Source: Rhizophagus irregularis (taxonomy: Eukaryota). Taken from it: 64,000 nucleotides of DNA. The translations under genes and the position numbers were made by a program. The stretch lies in contig NC_089432.1 of NCBI RefSeq assembly GCF_026210795.1, positions 1,240,001 to 1,304,000 of the forward strand. The letters are read 5' to 3'. Under the pieces are notes generated by a model, which worked only from the letters and a program-made list of their open reading frames with translations, was not told the origin of the DNA and ran no database searches. Shown piece by piece: positions 1 to 12,075 of the stretch (its first letter is position 1; every line of letters starts with the position of its first letter).

Positions 1-1055
1 TCCCGACCACAAAATATTATCGTTTTACACAAACAATTAAACTTTATTCTTTTCTATGATATCATAATGTAATACTTGCATAAAGAGTTTTAAATTTAGT
101 TTCATGTTACAAATATGCTTTTTTTTTGTCGTAGAATTTTCTATTATCTTATTTTCGTTTCTAGATACGCAGCAAAAATAATTTCAAAATTTTATGATTT
201 TAGTTTCTTGATTTTATAATAAAATGAAAACCCCTGCATTTATGATATATATACAGTATATACAGTATATATAAATATCTTTAATTAGTATTAATTCGAA
301 AGCATTTTTGCTTTCAAATTTTCAGTTATTAAACCAAATGCATTAATGTATTTGATACATAGAATTTGAATATAGAATTAAGTTGATCTTTAAAATTCTA
401 TTATATAAAGTAAATAGGCAAATGAGATAATTTTTTTTTTCTAAGGCTGTTATTCAATTTAATAAGTAAATCACTATATAATACCGACATACATATATGA
501 TTAGGCAAAAAAAAAAACTAGTTCCATTCGGGCAGACAGATTACTTTAATCATTTATTCATAGTTCCGCATTTGTCATAATCCAAAAAAAGAATAATCTA
601 CACGTTCTATATTGTTCCATTTCTATCGATCGCCAACGCCCATTTCTATTCTGAAATGTTAGCATTTTTTTATGAAACATCAAAAAATTTTTAATGATAC
701 GATTATTTATTAAGTTAAGTTTCGTTTTGTGAAAGTTACAACACGGCGCTTGTATTTGTGAAACAAACAAAAATATTCCCCAAAGTTATTATTATTCTGA
801 AAATAGAATTTTTTCTTTGAAACAAAAAAACTTTTTCGTACTAATAAAATGACTCCATTGATTCATTACGTTGATTGCACGATTTCTTATTAAATTTGAA
901 AGTTAATTAAATCACATTATGTTCATACTTTAATTTAAAGTATGTCAAAAAAAAAAAAAAAAAAAAAAAATTAATTAATAAAATAAAAATTATCGACTTC
1001 AATTTTTTATGAACGGTCAAATTCGCGTTCAAGAAAATGCTTTTTCAAGCAAATT

Positions 1056-1149
1056 GGGTCGCATTTCACCGACCATTATCTCACCGCAGTAAACGTCTGT
1101 CGGTGAAATTACTTCGGTGAAATGATTGTCGGTGAAATGAGCCAGACCC
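1056..1149. mobile_element. Small foldback MITE of the 'tgtcggtgaaat' subterminal-repeat family
   Basis: gggtc..atttcaccgac.. on the left, tgtcggtgaaatga..gaccc on the right. Related motifs at about 32780-32900, 38575, 39476-40015 and 40735-41500. Confidence 0.6.
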
Positions 1150-1596
1150 TAATTTATAACACATGATATTGACAAACAAGTTTAAAGCATATGGTATTAG
1201 CAAAAAACAGTATGATTTATAATCTAAATACCGTCGCCCAGAATTTATTGCCTTTTTAGGTATTGACTAGCATTATCATTATTCCGGCCCTGGAAAATAC
1301 GTGTTGATAATTAAACATTTGTTTGTTAATCGTTGCCGGCATTTAAAGTTTTGATCTCACGAAAACAACTGTTTGATATTTCTTGATCATTTCAGTACAT
1401 TATGTTTTTATTTGCGTAAGAAAAATAAAGCATCTGCGTAACAGCTAATATTTATTTTCACGTGAAGAGAAGTTACGTAGACTACATTCAATAACATTTA
1501 ATTATCACAGGATAAATGATAAAAAATAAAGTATATCATCACGCTTTTTTCTATTTCTTTCCTTCAATCTCTTTTACACTAGTTATTCTTCAGTTA

Positions 1597-3063
1597 TTAA
1601 TATTCTGAAATTTTTACTCTTTTACTTCCTCGGCTAGATAATCCTCGGCTAGATGATCCTCGGCTAGATAATCCTCGGCTAGATGATCCTCGGCTAGATG
1701 ATCCTCGGCTAGATGATCCTCGGCTAGATGATGAAGCTGAAGTATCATAAATATTACTTGAAGGATTAAAATTTTTTGAGTTAATTTTGTGATTTGAAGT
1801 GAATTCATATTCCAAATTATCGATAAACACTTTCAATGTGTTAAAGACCTTAGAATTAAATCTGACTTCATCATGCTTGTCCCAAACATGTTCCCTCATA
1901 GATAAAAGACATTTTTGATACTGATAGAGTTGTAACTTTGGTAATTTGGCAATCATATAGGTTAAAAAGACAAATTCTACTGGAGATAGTTTATGATTAC
2001 GATGGAATAATTCAGCATTAACTTTAATCATATCCTCTATGATTGTATAAACATGTTTAATCAATGCTTTGAGACTTCTAGGGACTTCACGATCTTCTTT
2101 CAAGTATTTAGCAATTGTGATGGGAGTAGCATTAAATTTTTCTGGTTTGGTTTCAATCATGTGTAAAGATTGTGCAATAAGTTGAAAAGGCCGAGCACGT
2201 TTATTATCCACTATGGAAGAAAGGGTAGAATATTTATTGTAGACTGCATGAACGAAATCACTTATTGGACTGCTAATAGCCTGAAGTTTTTCAGCAGGAG
2301 TTAATGCAACTCCCAGTTGCACACGACTGAAAATTTCTTGTTCTTGTTGCAAAGAAAGATCATAGTATTCAACTAAATAATATAAAATTATAAGGAAAAA
2401 CCTTTTCAATTATGTGTGGTTACAACAATTTATCACAATTAAATCTATTTTTTTAATAACTCACCACAAAGAAGCTCAGAGCAATCAAATATTTCACGTT
2501 CTGCTTCTGTTAAAGAAGTATGATTGGGATCATCATAAAAGCGCTTAGATTTAATACCAATAGCAGGGTTAATGTGGGAGATTTTGTTGTCCATGAAACT
2601 GTAATTTATGTTAAGAAATTTATTTATAGTGTCACAGTATAATATTGTCAAAATTACATAAATACTTACTTTTTGATAGAAGTAAGACGTTGTTTACCAT
2701 CAATACAAACACGAACCCATCTTCTATTATCATCCAGAATTTTGCAAGAGAAGATTACAGGTGGAATATAATAGTTGTTAAGTACAGAGTCAATTAGATG
2801 TGACTGCTTTGTTATTGGCCATACTACATCTATAATACAAATATTAAAAATATATATATGTATATAAGCAAAAATTAAGTGTTCGTTAATAATGTTGTGC
2901 TTTTTTTTTTGTGAAAGCAATAACAAAATATCTTTTAAATCATTCAGTGTTATTTACCTCTTTGAAATTCAGGGCTCAAGTCAACCACTCCCGTTTGTAA
3001 CCAACCATATAACTTGTACATAGTATGTGTGACATTCCTTGGCTTTGTAAGTGCTTCATCCAT
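1597..3063 (-). CDS. DUF262 (GmrSD N-terminal / ParB-like NTPase) domain protein, 4 exons (3063-2958, 2829-2670, 2598-2465, 2372-1597), 391 aa
   Basis: Hand splicing at GT..AG sites gives a 1176-nt open frame: MDEALTKPRN...LSPEFQRDVVW...LIDSVLNNYYIPPVIF...CIDGKQRLTSI...EIFSRVQLGVALTPAEK. This matches the DUF262 QR-x-x-W, DGxQR and F-x-R motifs. Confidence 0.8.
1628..1732 (-). repeat. 15-bp coding tandem repeat (about 7 copies) encoding (SSRGS/SSRGL)n
   Basis: cctcggctagat(g/a)at repeated in the last exon. Confidence 0.9.
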
Positions 3064-5642
3064 TATACTAGCTTTTGTTTGAGAAAAATATGGAAGGGAG
3101 AATAATAGTCTTATTTGAAAGGATAAGTCTTTTTAGGAGAGAAAATTATTTATTTGAGAATATTTTCTGAGTGATCCAAGTATGGAGTTTTTTTAAGGGA
3201 AAAAATTAATATAAATTGCTGATGACATCATAATCAAATGATATCCTTAATAATATTTAATTTGATGGGGTGATGGGGAGTCTGAATTTTTTTTTTAAGG
3301 AAATCAATAGATGAAAAAGCTTGTTTGAAAGTCAGAGCTTTTTCAAGTTAAATCGTAACAATAAGTTTTTTTTCAATGGTGAAATTAATAAATAATTTAT
3401 AAGGTAAAAAATTAATGATTAATATAGATTGATCATAAGCTTAATTACTTTTTTTAGAAAATAAATATCAATATCAACCAAATTGGCATCAAAATATTAA
3501 TTGTCCGACTAAATCATGTGCGTGATTAATCATAAAAAAATTTTTTTTTTCCTCCATATCCTCCATATACAAAGTTTTTAAAATAATTTTTTGTAAATTA
3601 CTATTTCTCCATGAATAAACGTTTTATTCTTATTTTTTTTCTTTCATAAATAAGAACGAATTTTTTTTTCTCCATTAGCTGTCCAAGCCATTTCTTCGTT
3701 TAACATAACGTAGGGGATCACAATCTGGGGAGGGGACAAAAACATGACCAGAATTATCATAATTTCGGCCAGAGTTATAAGTAGAAATATTGTAATTTTA
3801 TTTATAATTCTGGCCAAATTTTATAATTCTGGCCTAAATATTTTCTCTCATTTTCTGAAAACTAAGGGGGTTATTAAACGAAAAATCTGAATTACCCTCT
3901 CTTTAATCTGTTGTAACATATGTGATGTTTAGTATGATCAAAAAAGTTTCCCACACATATTACTTATTATTCTATTTAGAAAAGGCATATATACACCCAC
4001 AAAATCCCTACTTTCTCAAATTTTTTATTGATTTTTTTTCAACTTATTATTTATCTCCCCACCTTGTCATAATAACGTGTTAATGATATCTAGTGTATAT
4101 AGAAAAGTAAAAAAAAACGCTCTTTTAATGCGAAATTTATAAGCAACACGCTCTGAATCTGAACGTTTTTTCTCGTTGAGAGCAGAATTCATCTATTGAA
4201 TAAATTTATTCACATTTTTTTATGACTAAATATTAAATTTCATTTCTACATTTTCTATATCAATTATCTCCTAAATCTGAATAAGTAAAATGATTCCGTC
4301 ATGGAAATCAATTAATGTTTTCTCCTTAAATCATCCAAAGATCAATCATCTTGACAAGATTTTCTTAAAGAACGAAAATAATGACATACACGCTTTTCAC
4401 AATCCCACACTCGCTACATCACATGATAAAATATATAGCAAAGTAAAAACGCGTCTTTGATTTATTATTTGTAATAAAAAATTGCATATTGTCATTCATA
4501 CTATAATAATAATAATAAAAAAAACAATATTACGATTCTTTAGATTCTGTAGAATTAATCCATTTTCGTGTTGTTGGTAAAAAATGTATTAAGGAATTTT
4601 GCGTATGAATCATAATTGGAAAAATAAGCTAAACATTAAACCATCTCACCCTACGTGTCTCAACATTAGGTAATGATAGTGTGGTAAGGTTAACACGTAC
4701 ATGTATGATCCTTTAGGTACGACATTATAAGGACCAATATTTGGTCCGATTAATTTCATTTGATCCCCTTTTTTATTAAGTTTTTACTCCCTAACTTCCC
4801 CATTATGTCGAGTCCAATTACGCCATCAAGAATCTTGACTTTCTGTAGATCTTGGATCATACGATTCGTGTTTTCTGTTGATTTCAGCAGGAACGTTGTT
4901 GGATCCATAAGCTTGATTACGATATTCACCTTTTTTATGCGATGGTTTCGGTTCTTGTTGCGAAAGGAGGATCAATGCTTGTCTTCCTGGTTTTTCGATT
5001 TGCGTTTCCGAATTTCTGTGATTACTGTTTCCATTTCCATATTCTCGTCTTCCTTTAACATGTCGTTTGGTTCCTAAAAAAAGAATTTTATAAGTTTGAC
5101 TATATATAAACCAACGGAATGAGTACAAATCAATAGACTAACCAGTTGATCTTGCTTGAGAAGATCCATTTCAACTTCCAAATTCATAAGTATTTCGTCG
5201 TGTTCCTCGTATGGTCTTCCGGCCTCTACCCACTTATTGTATTCAGTCCAATTTACGGAAGCCTTGGAAATTTTAATTATTTCTTTTATGTTTTCTTCCG
5301 TAAATGGGGAAAAAGTGACCAAGGGAACTTAGACTCATGAGACCCTGACAATTTACGAGTTGTGAAGAGCGATGTGACGTAATTTTGTGGGTTTTAATCA
5401 AATTTGATGTAACAAAAATTAGTGTAAATTCAGGGATGGGGTTAATTACGGAATTTTACAATATTACTGATGTAAAATTTTTTTTCCTGCAAATTCCATG
5501 TCACTACATGTAATGCACCCCCGTTTTGTGGCGGTAGAGTCGACCATTAAGGATCGGCAACATGCATGACAGGCTCTGTAAAATTAAGTCACGTGAAATA
5601 CTCTACGGATCGCACAAATATTGGTCGAAGAGTAGAGTTTGA

Positions 5643-6146
5643 TTATAGAAGATCGAAACTTTTGGATGCTTGATCAACGAACTCCTTAATGCTTCGTATC
5701 CTTTCCGGAATAACAATTTCTGGGTGTCGGTCATACCATACCTCGAGAAGGAAGATTCCATTATCCAGACATCGATCACGATTAACAATGTCCGAATTTT
5801 TTGACGTTTTTATACCAGCTCTACTGAGCTCCTTGCACTTCCAATGCAATTCGATATTTTTGGAAGAAGGCATCAAGCTCTAATTTATTCAAGAAAGGAA
5901 GACGATATTCGATCATAGGTTCGTCATTAAGAATTTCCTTAGCTATCTGGATGCATCTAGTCTGGAATTTGCGATTTGTCTAGCATTCCAATTCCTTTTC
6001 ATAATTCTTCTATAACTGAGCTTTGATCTCAACTCAATATTCTCAAGATGATCTGGCTTTTCCGAACTAAGATGCTTTAATTTTACTATATCGGCCTCAA
6101 AATCTGTGTAATATTTTTTGGTAAATTTTAAAAATTCAACTTTCAA
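5643..6146 (-). pseudogene. Degraded PD-(D/E)xK endonuclease (DUF559/Vsr-like) gene
   Basis: Reading across frames gives EPMIEYRLPFLNKLELDAFFQKYRIALEVQGAQ*SWYKNVKKF/DIVNRDR.CLDNGIFLLEVWYD, with a stop and a frameshift. Confidence 0.55.
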
Positions 6147-6329
6147 GTTCAGTAATATGCTGTTTCAATACTTCAAGCTCGGATGGCATGATTATTAATA
6201 TTTTTTTATATGATAGGATATATTCAATATTGTGTGGAAAATGTAAACGCGTTATTAATTAATACTGTACATGCGAAAAAATAAATACAAGGCTTGGGAC
6301 ATGACGAAGTTTCTATTTTATGACTGCGG

Positions 6330-7262
6330 GCTAATGTACACGATTACTCCTGTTTTCAAAATACTCTTGAACCCGTTGCCTTTCCGTTGCTGGCTCCTTT
6401 TCTATGTCCACCCTAAACCAACAATAACCTCCATTACCTGCTTCACATTCTTGCGCAACTCCCTCTCTTCTTCCGAATTCTCTTTCAAGGCAGACTCGGT
6501 AATAAGAGGATTTTTACTTGTACAGGATATTCCGTCTGAGGCAAAAAGAATGAAATACTATTCCGTGGCTGTTGTGACGATCCCATAGATATAGTCGTAA
6601 TCATCCCCAAATGCTTCGTCCGACTTTCGTTTTCTTATATTTTATCTGAGCAAAACCCATAACCACTTGATGTAGCTTCCCTTCTGTAATGCAAATAAGC
6701 TCCTCGAGGGCTTTGATTGCATAATCACCTCGACCAGTACTTTCTTCGCTGACAACTTTGAGCTGAGGTGCCAAGGTAAGCTCTTTTTTGGTTATTCTTT
6801 TAACGATATATAGTGAGGCGTGATCGCGTGAAGGATGGTTGAAATATACTCGCAACGCATGGCTTCATTGCTATCAGCAAGCGTAGTCTCTATATTTCCC
6901 AGCCTGCACTTTATTTCCTTTATACATTGTATTAATTCTGCTTCGTCGTCTTAAAGTTTATAGGTCACCTAGAAAATTGAGAGGAGCAAGCGGGCCGCAA
7001 AGAGACCGCGTCTGTATATATATCCCGAGGCTATGCGTTATTTAAAACTCACTGGTGGAGACTGACAAATGGTGCTGATACCATTACTACCGATGTAACA
7101 CCTCATTCAAACTGCGGTAAGTTGAGAACACATGCTTTTTTTTTCCCTACACTCCTTAGCGAACTTTACGAGCCTTTTTGCCAGCCCCAATTTCATTTCA
7201 TGTTGTTCAAGCTCTTCTCGGGTCAAGTCGAGGAAGTCCTGACCATTGACCCTTTGCTTCAT
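6330..7262 (-). pseudogene. SAM-like plus Crinkler-type restriction-endonuclease-fold gene, degraded
   Basis: Fragments: VNGQDFLDLTREELEQHEMKLGLAKRL (SAM-like), SNEAMRCEYISTILHA, PQLKVVSEESTGRGDYAIKALEELICITEGK, YDYIYGIVTTATE*YFI. Several stops and frameshifts. Confidence 0.6.
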
Positions 7263-7306
7263 AGTTTTTTTTATTAAAAGAATCTGAAAGGGAAGATTAT
7301 CAGCAA

Positions 7307-7988
7307 ATGCGTCAAGAAATTGACACTATGAAGGAGCAAATACGCAAGATGAAAAGAACTCTTGCTTCTGATGTAGAAAATCGGGATGAGATAATAATAT
7401 GTAAAGATAAATTCAGACGGGCATTCGATAAAGTCATAAGAGTATTCATTAAAATTAGACGGGGATTATCTCTTGTTAAAATTAGGAGAGCTTTCGATGA
7501 TTTTCTTTTTTTATTATCCCTTTTTATTCTACCAAGTATAGTGTTTCATGAAAATAACGAAATACCTCCCTGGATTTCAATCTTCTCTTGGGTTACAGCT
7601 GGTGTTGTTTTCATTACGATCATAATCAATTATATTTTTGGCATATAAATTTTGAAATAATGCTCGAACCTATTTATTTTTTATTCTTCCCAGCCATAAT
7701 TGATTTATGTCATATCTTTTCCGACATTGTTTCCTGTTTTATACTCGAAATATTCACTAGGGTAAAGTCACAGACACAGTCATGGGTAATATCACAGTCA
7801 TGGGTAACGTCACAGACATGGACATGGCAGATATTTTCATCTGGGTGCATGCAGTAACTGGGATCTTAGGCGCGACTTTTTTTCTTGGCGTTGTAATTAC
7901 TATTCTCTCTAGAGTTATATGTAATATTTTCGCTATTTTACAAATACCCTCTCATAAAATTAATGATATCAGGGACATATTGTTTTAA
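7307..7988 (+). pseudogene. Possible fragmented coiled-coil plus multi-TM protein
   Basis: Three overlapping ORFs in different frames, each with hydrophobic segments; no recognisable family. Confidence 0.25.
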
Positions 7989-8123
7989 GTGGTTGATATA
8001 CTAAATTAAATCAAATATATGTAAATTGGGCTTATAAGAAGACAAAAATATTATCAACAATGTTATAATAGACTTAGCAACAACTTATTCTGGATTTAAA
8101 TTCTGAAAGAAAGAAGAAAAAAA

Positions 8124-8160
8124 AAATCAAATCAAATCAAATCAAATCAAATCAAAATCA
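8124..8160. repeat. (AAATC)n microsatellite
   Basis: Seen directly. Confidence 0.9.
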
Positions 8161-8824
8161 GTATAATTTAAATCAATAGATATAGTATCACTTATTTTTA
8201 TTTTATTTTTACTTTTATTTCTATTTTGATGATTGCATATTTATTTATTTATTTATTATTTTTATTCTTAATGTACTTTTTATTTTGATATTATTTTATT
8301 ATTTAATATTAAAAACTTTTATTAAATCTATTATATTGGGGATTGAAATTGGATTGATTAATAATTGAATCTTTTGTAGCTTTAAAAATATGTTTATTCT
8401 CAATTATAAATTTTTTATTCTTAAGCGTGAGATGTTTTTCAACTTCAAACTTTTTATGCGAAATTTGCCGAGATTTATCCGTGATTGAAGTCACGTGTTG
8501 TTTTTTAAGGTTTATTACGTGACAATCGTGACATAATATTACATTACTTATAATAAACACTATTATATTATTAATAATTACACTGCTACAGCAATTGGTA
8601 TTCTTCGAAGTATGTACATGATGAAGAAAACATACTTGTGTTACAGTTTAAAACTTCAAACATATTTGAATTTGTTGGTATAATGGTTTCAAAAATTGTG
8701 TATACATTATTGGTATTTTTCTATGGGAGATTTCAATCTTTTATTGTAAGAGTATATAATAATATTACTTTACTCATATTCATATCCTGAAGATTACGAA
8801 AAAATTTATATTGGAATGACTAAA

Positions 8825-9063
8825 CGTCAAAATCCCGAATTGCCATAATCCGGTCATTTCATAAGCCCGACACTTCATAATCCCGAAATTCAAAATACTG
8901 AAATGAAAAATCTTGAAATTATTAATAAAGGCAAGAAAATCAATATTATGGGATGTCGGGATTATAAAATTCGGGATTTAGACAAGTCGGATTTTGATAA
9001 TTCGGGATTTAGAGTGTCGGGATAACGTACCTTCGGGATTTCGAGTTTCGGGATTTTGGACGG
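8825..9063. mobile_element. Foldback MITE with 'aatcccga / tcgggatt' subterminal repeats
   Basis: cgtcaaaatcccgaa on the left, ttcgggattttggacg on the right. Related elements at about 34230-34730 and 40870-41130. Confidence 0.65.
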
Positions 9064-9425
9064 ATCCCGGTTAATAAACGTAATTAATACGGAAGGCTCA
9101 CAATTAGATAATTACGTTCAACAATTAGATTAATGGCAATATTGATTAATACCACTTGAAGCAAATTATTAATTTCATTTAGTTACTTATTAGCCTAACT
9201 CTGTAAATTGATTACGAGTTGATAAAACCATGTATCATGACAGTTTAATATAAAGATACGATTTTACTTATCATTTATTCATAGAAAAATAAATATTAAT
9301 AGAATATACGATACGATACAGTGAATTTAAGGACTTATAATGTAAATTAATCATATCTCTAAAACTAATAATTCATAATTAATGACATACTATAAACTTT
9401 AATATTTTTTAGATTAAAATTTCAT

Positions 9426-10199
9426 TTATTTTGCTTTAGGGGGAAATTTTGGACCATCTTTAGGACCGGGACCTTTTGGACCATCGAAATCTTTACCCTT
9501 GGGGACTTTTGGGCCATCGAAATCTCTACCCTTTAGACCTTTTGGACCATCTTTAGGACCGGGACCTTTTGGGCCATCAAAATCTTTACCCTTGGGGACT
9601 TTTGGGCCATCGAAATCTTTACCCTTGGGGACTTTTGGGCCATCGAAATCTCTAACTTTTAGAACTTTTGGACCAATTTTAGGACCGGGACCTTTTGGAC
9701 CATCGAAATCTTTACCTTTGGGGACTTTTGGGCCATCGAAATCTCTAACCTTTAGACCTTTTGGACCAATTTTAGGACCGGGAAATTTTGGACCATCTTT
9801 AGGACCGGGACCTTTTGGGCCATCGAAATCTTTACCCTTGGGGACTTTTGGGCCATCGAAATCTCTAACCTTTAGACCTTTTGGACCAATTTTAGGACCG
9901 GGACCTTTTGGACCATTGAAATCTTTACCCTTGGGGACTTTTGGGCCATCGAAATCTCTAACCTTTAGACCTTTTGGTCCATCTTTAGGACCTGGACCTT
10001 TTGGACCTTTACCCTTGGGGACTTTTGGGCCATCGAAATCTCTACCTTTTAGTCCTTTTGGTCCACCTTTGGGACCATCAGGAGGGGGAGGTGGAGAAAT
10101 AATAACACCATTTCCTATGTTTCCAATTGGTGTAGCAACGGAACTAGCAGTGAAAAGGGCTAAATTTATAGCCAAAATTAGAGTGTAAGAGATCTTCAT
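9426..10199 (-). CDS. Secreted Gly/Pro/Lys-rich tandem-repeat protein, candidate Kex2-processed repeat precursor or effector (257 aa)
   Basis: Signal-peptide-like N-terminus (MKISYTLILAINLALFTASSVA), then six modules each preceded by LK(V/G)R and starting DFDGPKVPKGK; single exon. Confidence 0.8.
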   Translation of the reverse strand: MKISYTLILAINLALFTASSVATPIGNIGNGVIISPPPPPDGPKGGPKGLKGRDFDGPKVPKGKGPKGPGPKDGPKGLKVRDFDGPKVPKGKDFNGPKGPGPKIGPKGLKVRDFDGPKVPKGKDFDGPKGPGPKDGPKFPGPKIGPKGLKVRDFDGPKVPKGKDFDGPKGPGPKIGPKVLKVRDFDGPKVPKGKDFDGPKVPKGKDFDGPKGPGPKDGPKGLKGRDFDGPKVPKGKDFDGPKGPGPKDGPKFPPKAK

Positions 10200-11929
10200 T
10201 TTACGAGATTTTGAGCGAAATATTTCTAAATGGTATTGGGATAATATATTTCTATTTTATTTGTTTTTTTCTTTTCAAGATATTAAGCTGACTTGAAATA
10301 AACTGAAAGGAAAAAAGCATCATATTTATATAAAAATTCATCAATATAATTTTTAATTTAAAAATAAAATAATTAAAACTCGTATGTTACCAAATCGGTA
10401 AAGTCATTTGCATAATTTGAAATTTTGAATATAAATATATAATTATTAGTGCATTCGAAATTAAGGTAAAAACCTTTCAATGATAACCAATAAATTATCT
10501 GGACATATCCTTGGCGTATGTAATGTTTTGAAGAATTTTAATTGCTTGCGAACGAATAAAAAAAAGAAAGAAAGATTTGTTTATGCATAATTACTACAAT
10601 AATACCGCGTTTAGAATTGTTTTGCGTCAAAGTAAACGCGATTCCCCTTTTTTCATTTTTTCATCTCCTTATCTTTTACTTTTACATAATTCTTTCTCTT
10701 GGCTCACGTGTGTGAAAATTTGATATCAAATCTATCTATGATATGGTTACACGCACAAAAATCCAAAAGATCTGAAAATTTATTCCGAAACAAGTCGCAC
10801 AACTGTGTTTTGCAGATGGCTGAATTTAACAAACAGATGATCATCGCAATTAGAGCCAAGAACGTCACCTTTAAAAAACTTTCAAAGTTTACGTTAGTAT
10901 ATTTAGCATTTAGCGTTAGCCTCAGCCAAGAATTTAATAGAAGTTAGAAGTTCTAGTACCGTTCGAAAACATTCACATAGAATAAAATGATAATTGATTT
11001 AGCAACTTTTTGAAACTACTCTATTTTAATTATTAGTAATCTTATTTAAATTATAATTGTATAGTATGATAAATTTTTCTAGAATTATTTTCATAATCCA
11101 TAATTATTCTTTATTTTTTTTTAAAAAAAAAATAATTTTTTATTAACGTATGTTACATGTAAAGGAATCATATTTCGGTTTAATTTGAACCCGTATTCCA
11201 CGAAATTCATTGCCTCATAAGAAAAACAAAAAAAAAAATTCCATTCGGACTAGATCGATTACATAAATACAATCTTGGATACTTTTCAATATGTAAGGGT
11301 TTACTTAAATTTGCTGATACATTCCTATTTTACAATAATTTTAATTATAAAAAAATAATGGTGAGCTATGTAAAGATAAATGAAACGATCGACACATGCT
11401 CCTGCAGATGTTAAATTCGATTGGTACAAACTTAAAAATTTTTAGCTTTTTAAAATTATTTAGCATTACGTGCATTAATCGGCTAGTTTACCGATAAGAT
11501 TTTTAAAACATTCAAATTTGGAAAACAAAAATTACAAAAATAAAAAAAAAATTAAAATAGTATTATTTCATTTTTATTGTTACAGTATTATTTATATTGT
11601 TACTTGGCTCTTGGCCACTCTATCGAATAAAGTTACTAATTGCTCAATCCAAACAATCTTATGATTTTTTAACACAATGGCTTGATGGTGATGATTAGTA
11701 AATGTTTTTTGTTCGAATCCAATAATATTATAAAAAACTTATTTCTTAAATAGGATAATTTATTGTAATTAACTGAATTTGTAATTAACGGAATTTGTAT
11801 TTGTAATTAAAGGAAGTTAAAAAGACAGAAAGTTATGTAAAAAGAAAATAAATATGGGTTGAGTAATAACAAGGGTATTAAAATATCATTTATTATAATT
11901 TTAAAAAATAATTAATGTTTATTAATCGT

Positions 11930-12075
11930 ATTTTATCATCAGGCATTTAGTACAACTTGTTACTAAGTACAATAATTATTTGCTCGGCACTCGTACCCTG
12001 CATGTATTTGCAATAATAAGAATATAATCATTGATACAATAGTTATTTTATGTCGAGTAGTAACTATTAATACTT
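11930..12075. mobile_element. Helitron-related remnant
   Basis: Shares tcaggcattta, ttagtacaac..gttactaag, ctcggcac and catgtatttgcaata with the Helitron interior at 60380-60640. Confidence 0.5.

Noticed and set aside
1614..1808. (AEDHL)n ORF
   Set aside because: Alternative frame of the 15-bp repeat in the DUF262 gene.
4760..5340. Overlapping short ORFs on both strands
   Set aside because: Look like a decayed coding or repeat remnant; no family recognised and no consistent gene model.
9499..10188. 229-aa plus-strand ORF
   Set aside because: Antisense shadow of the repetitive secreted protein.
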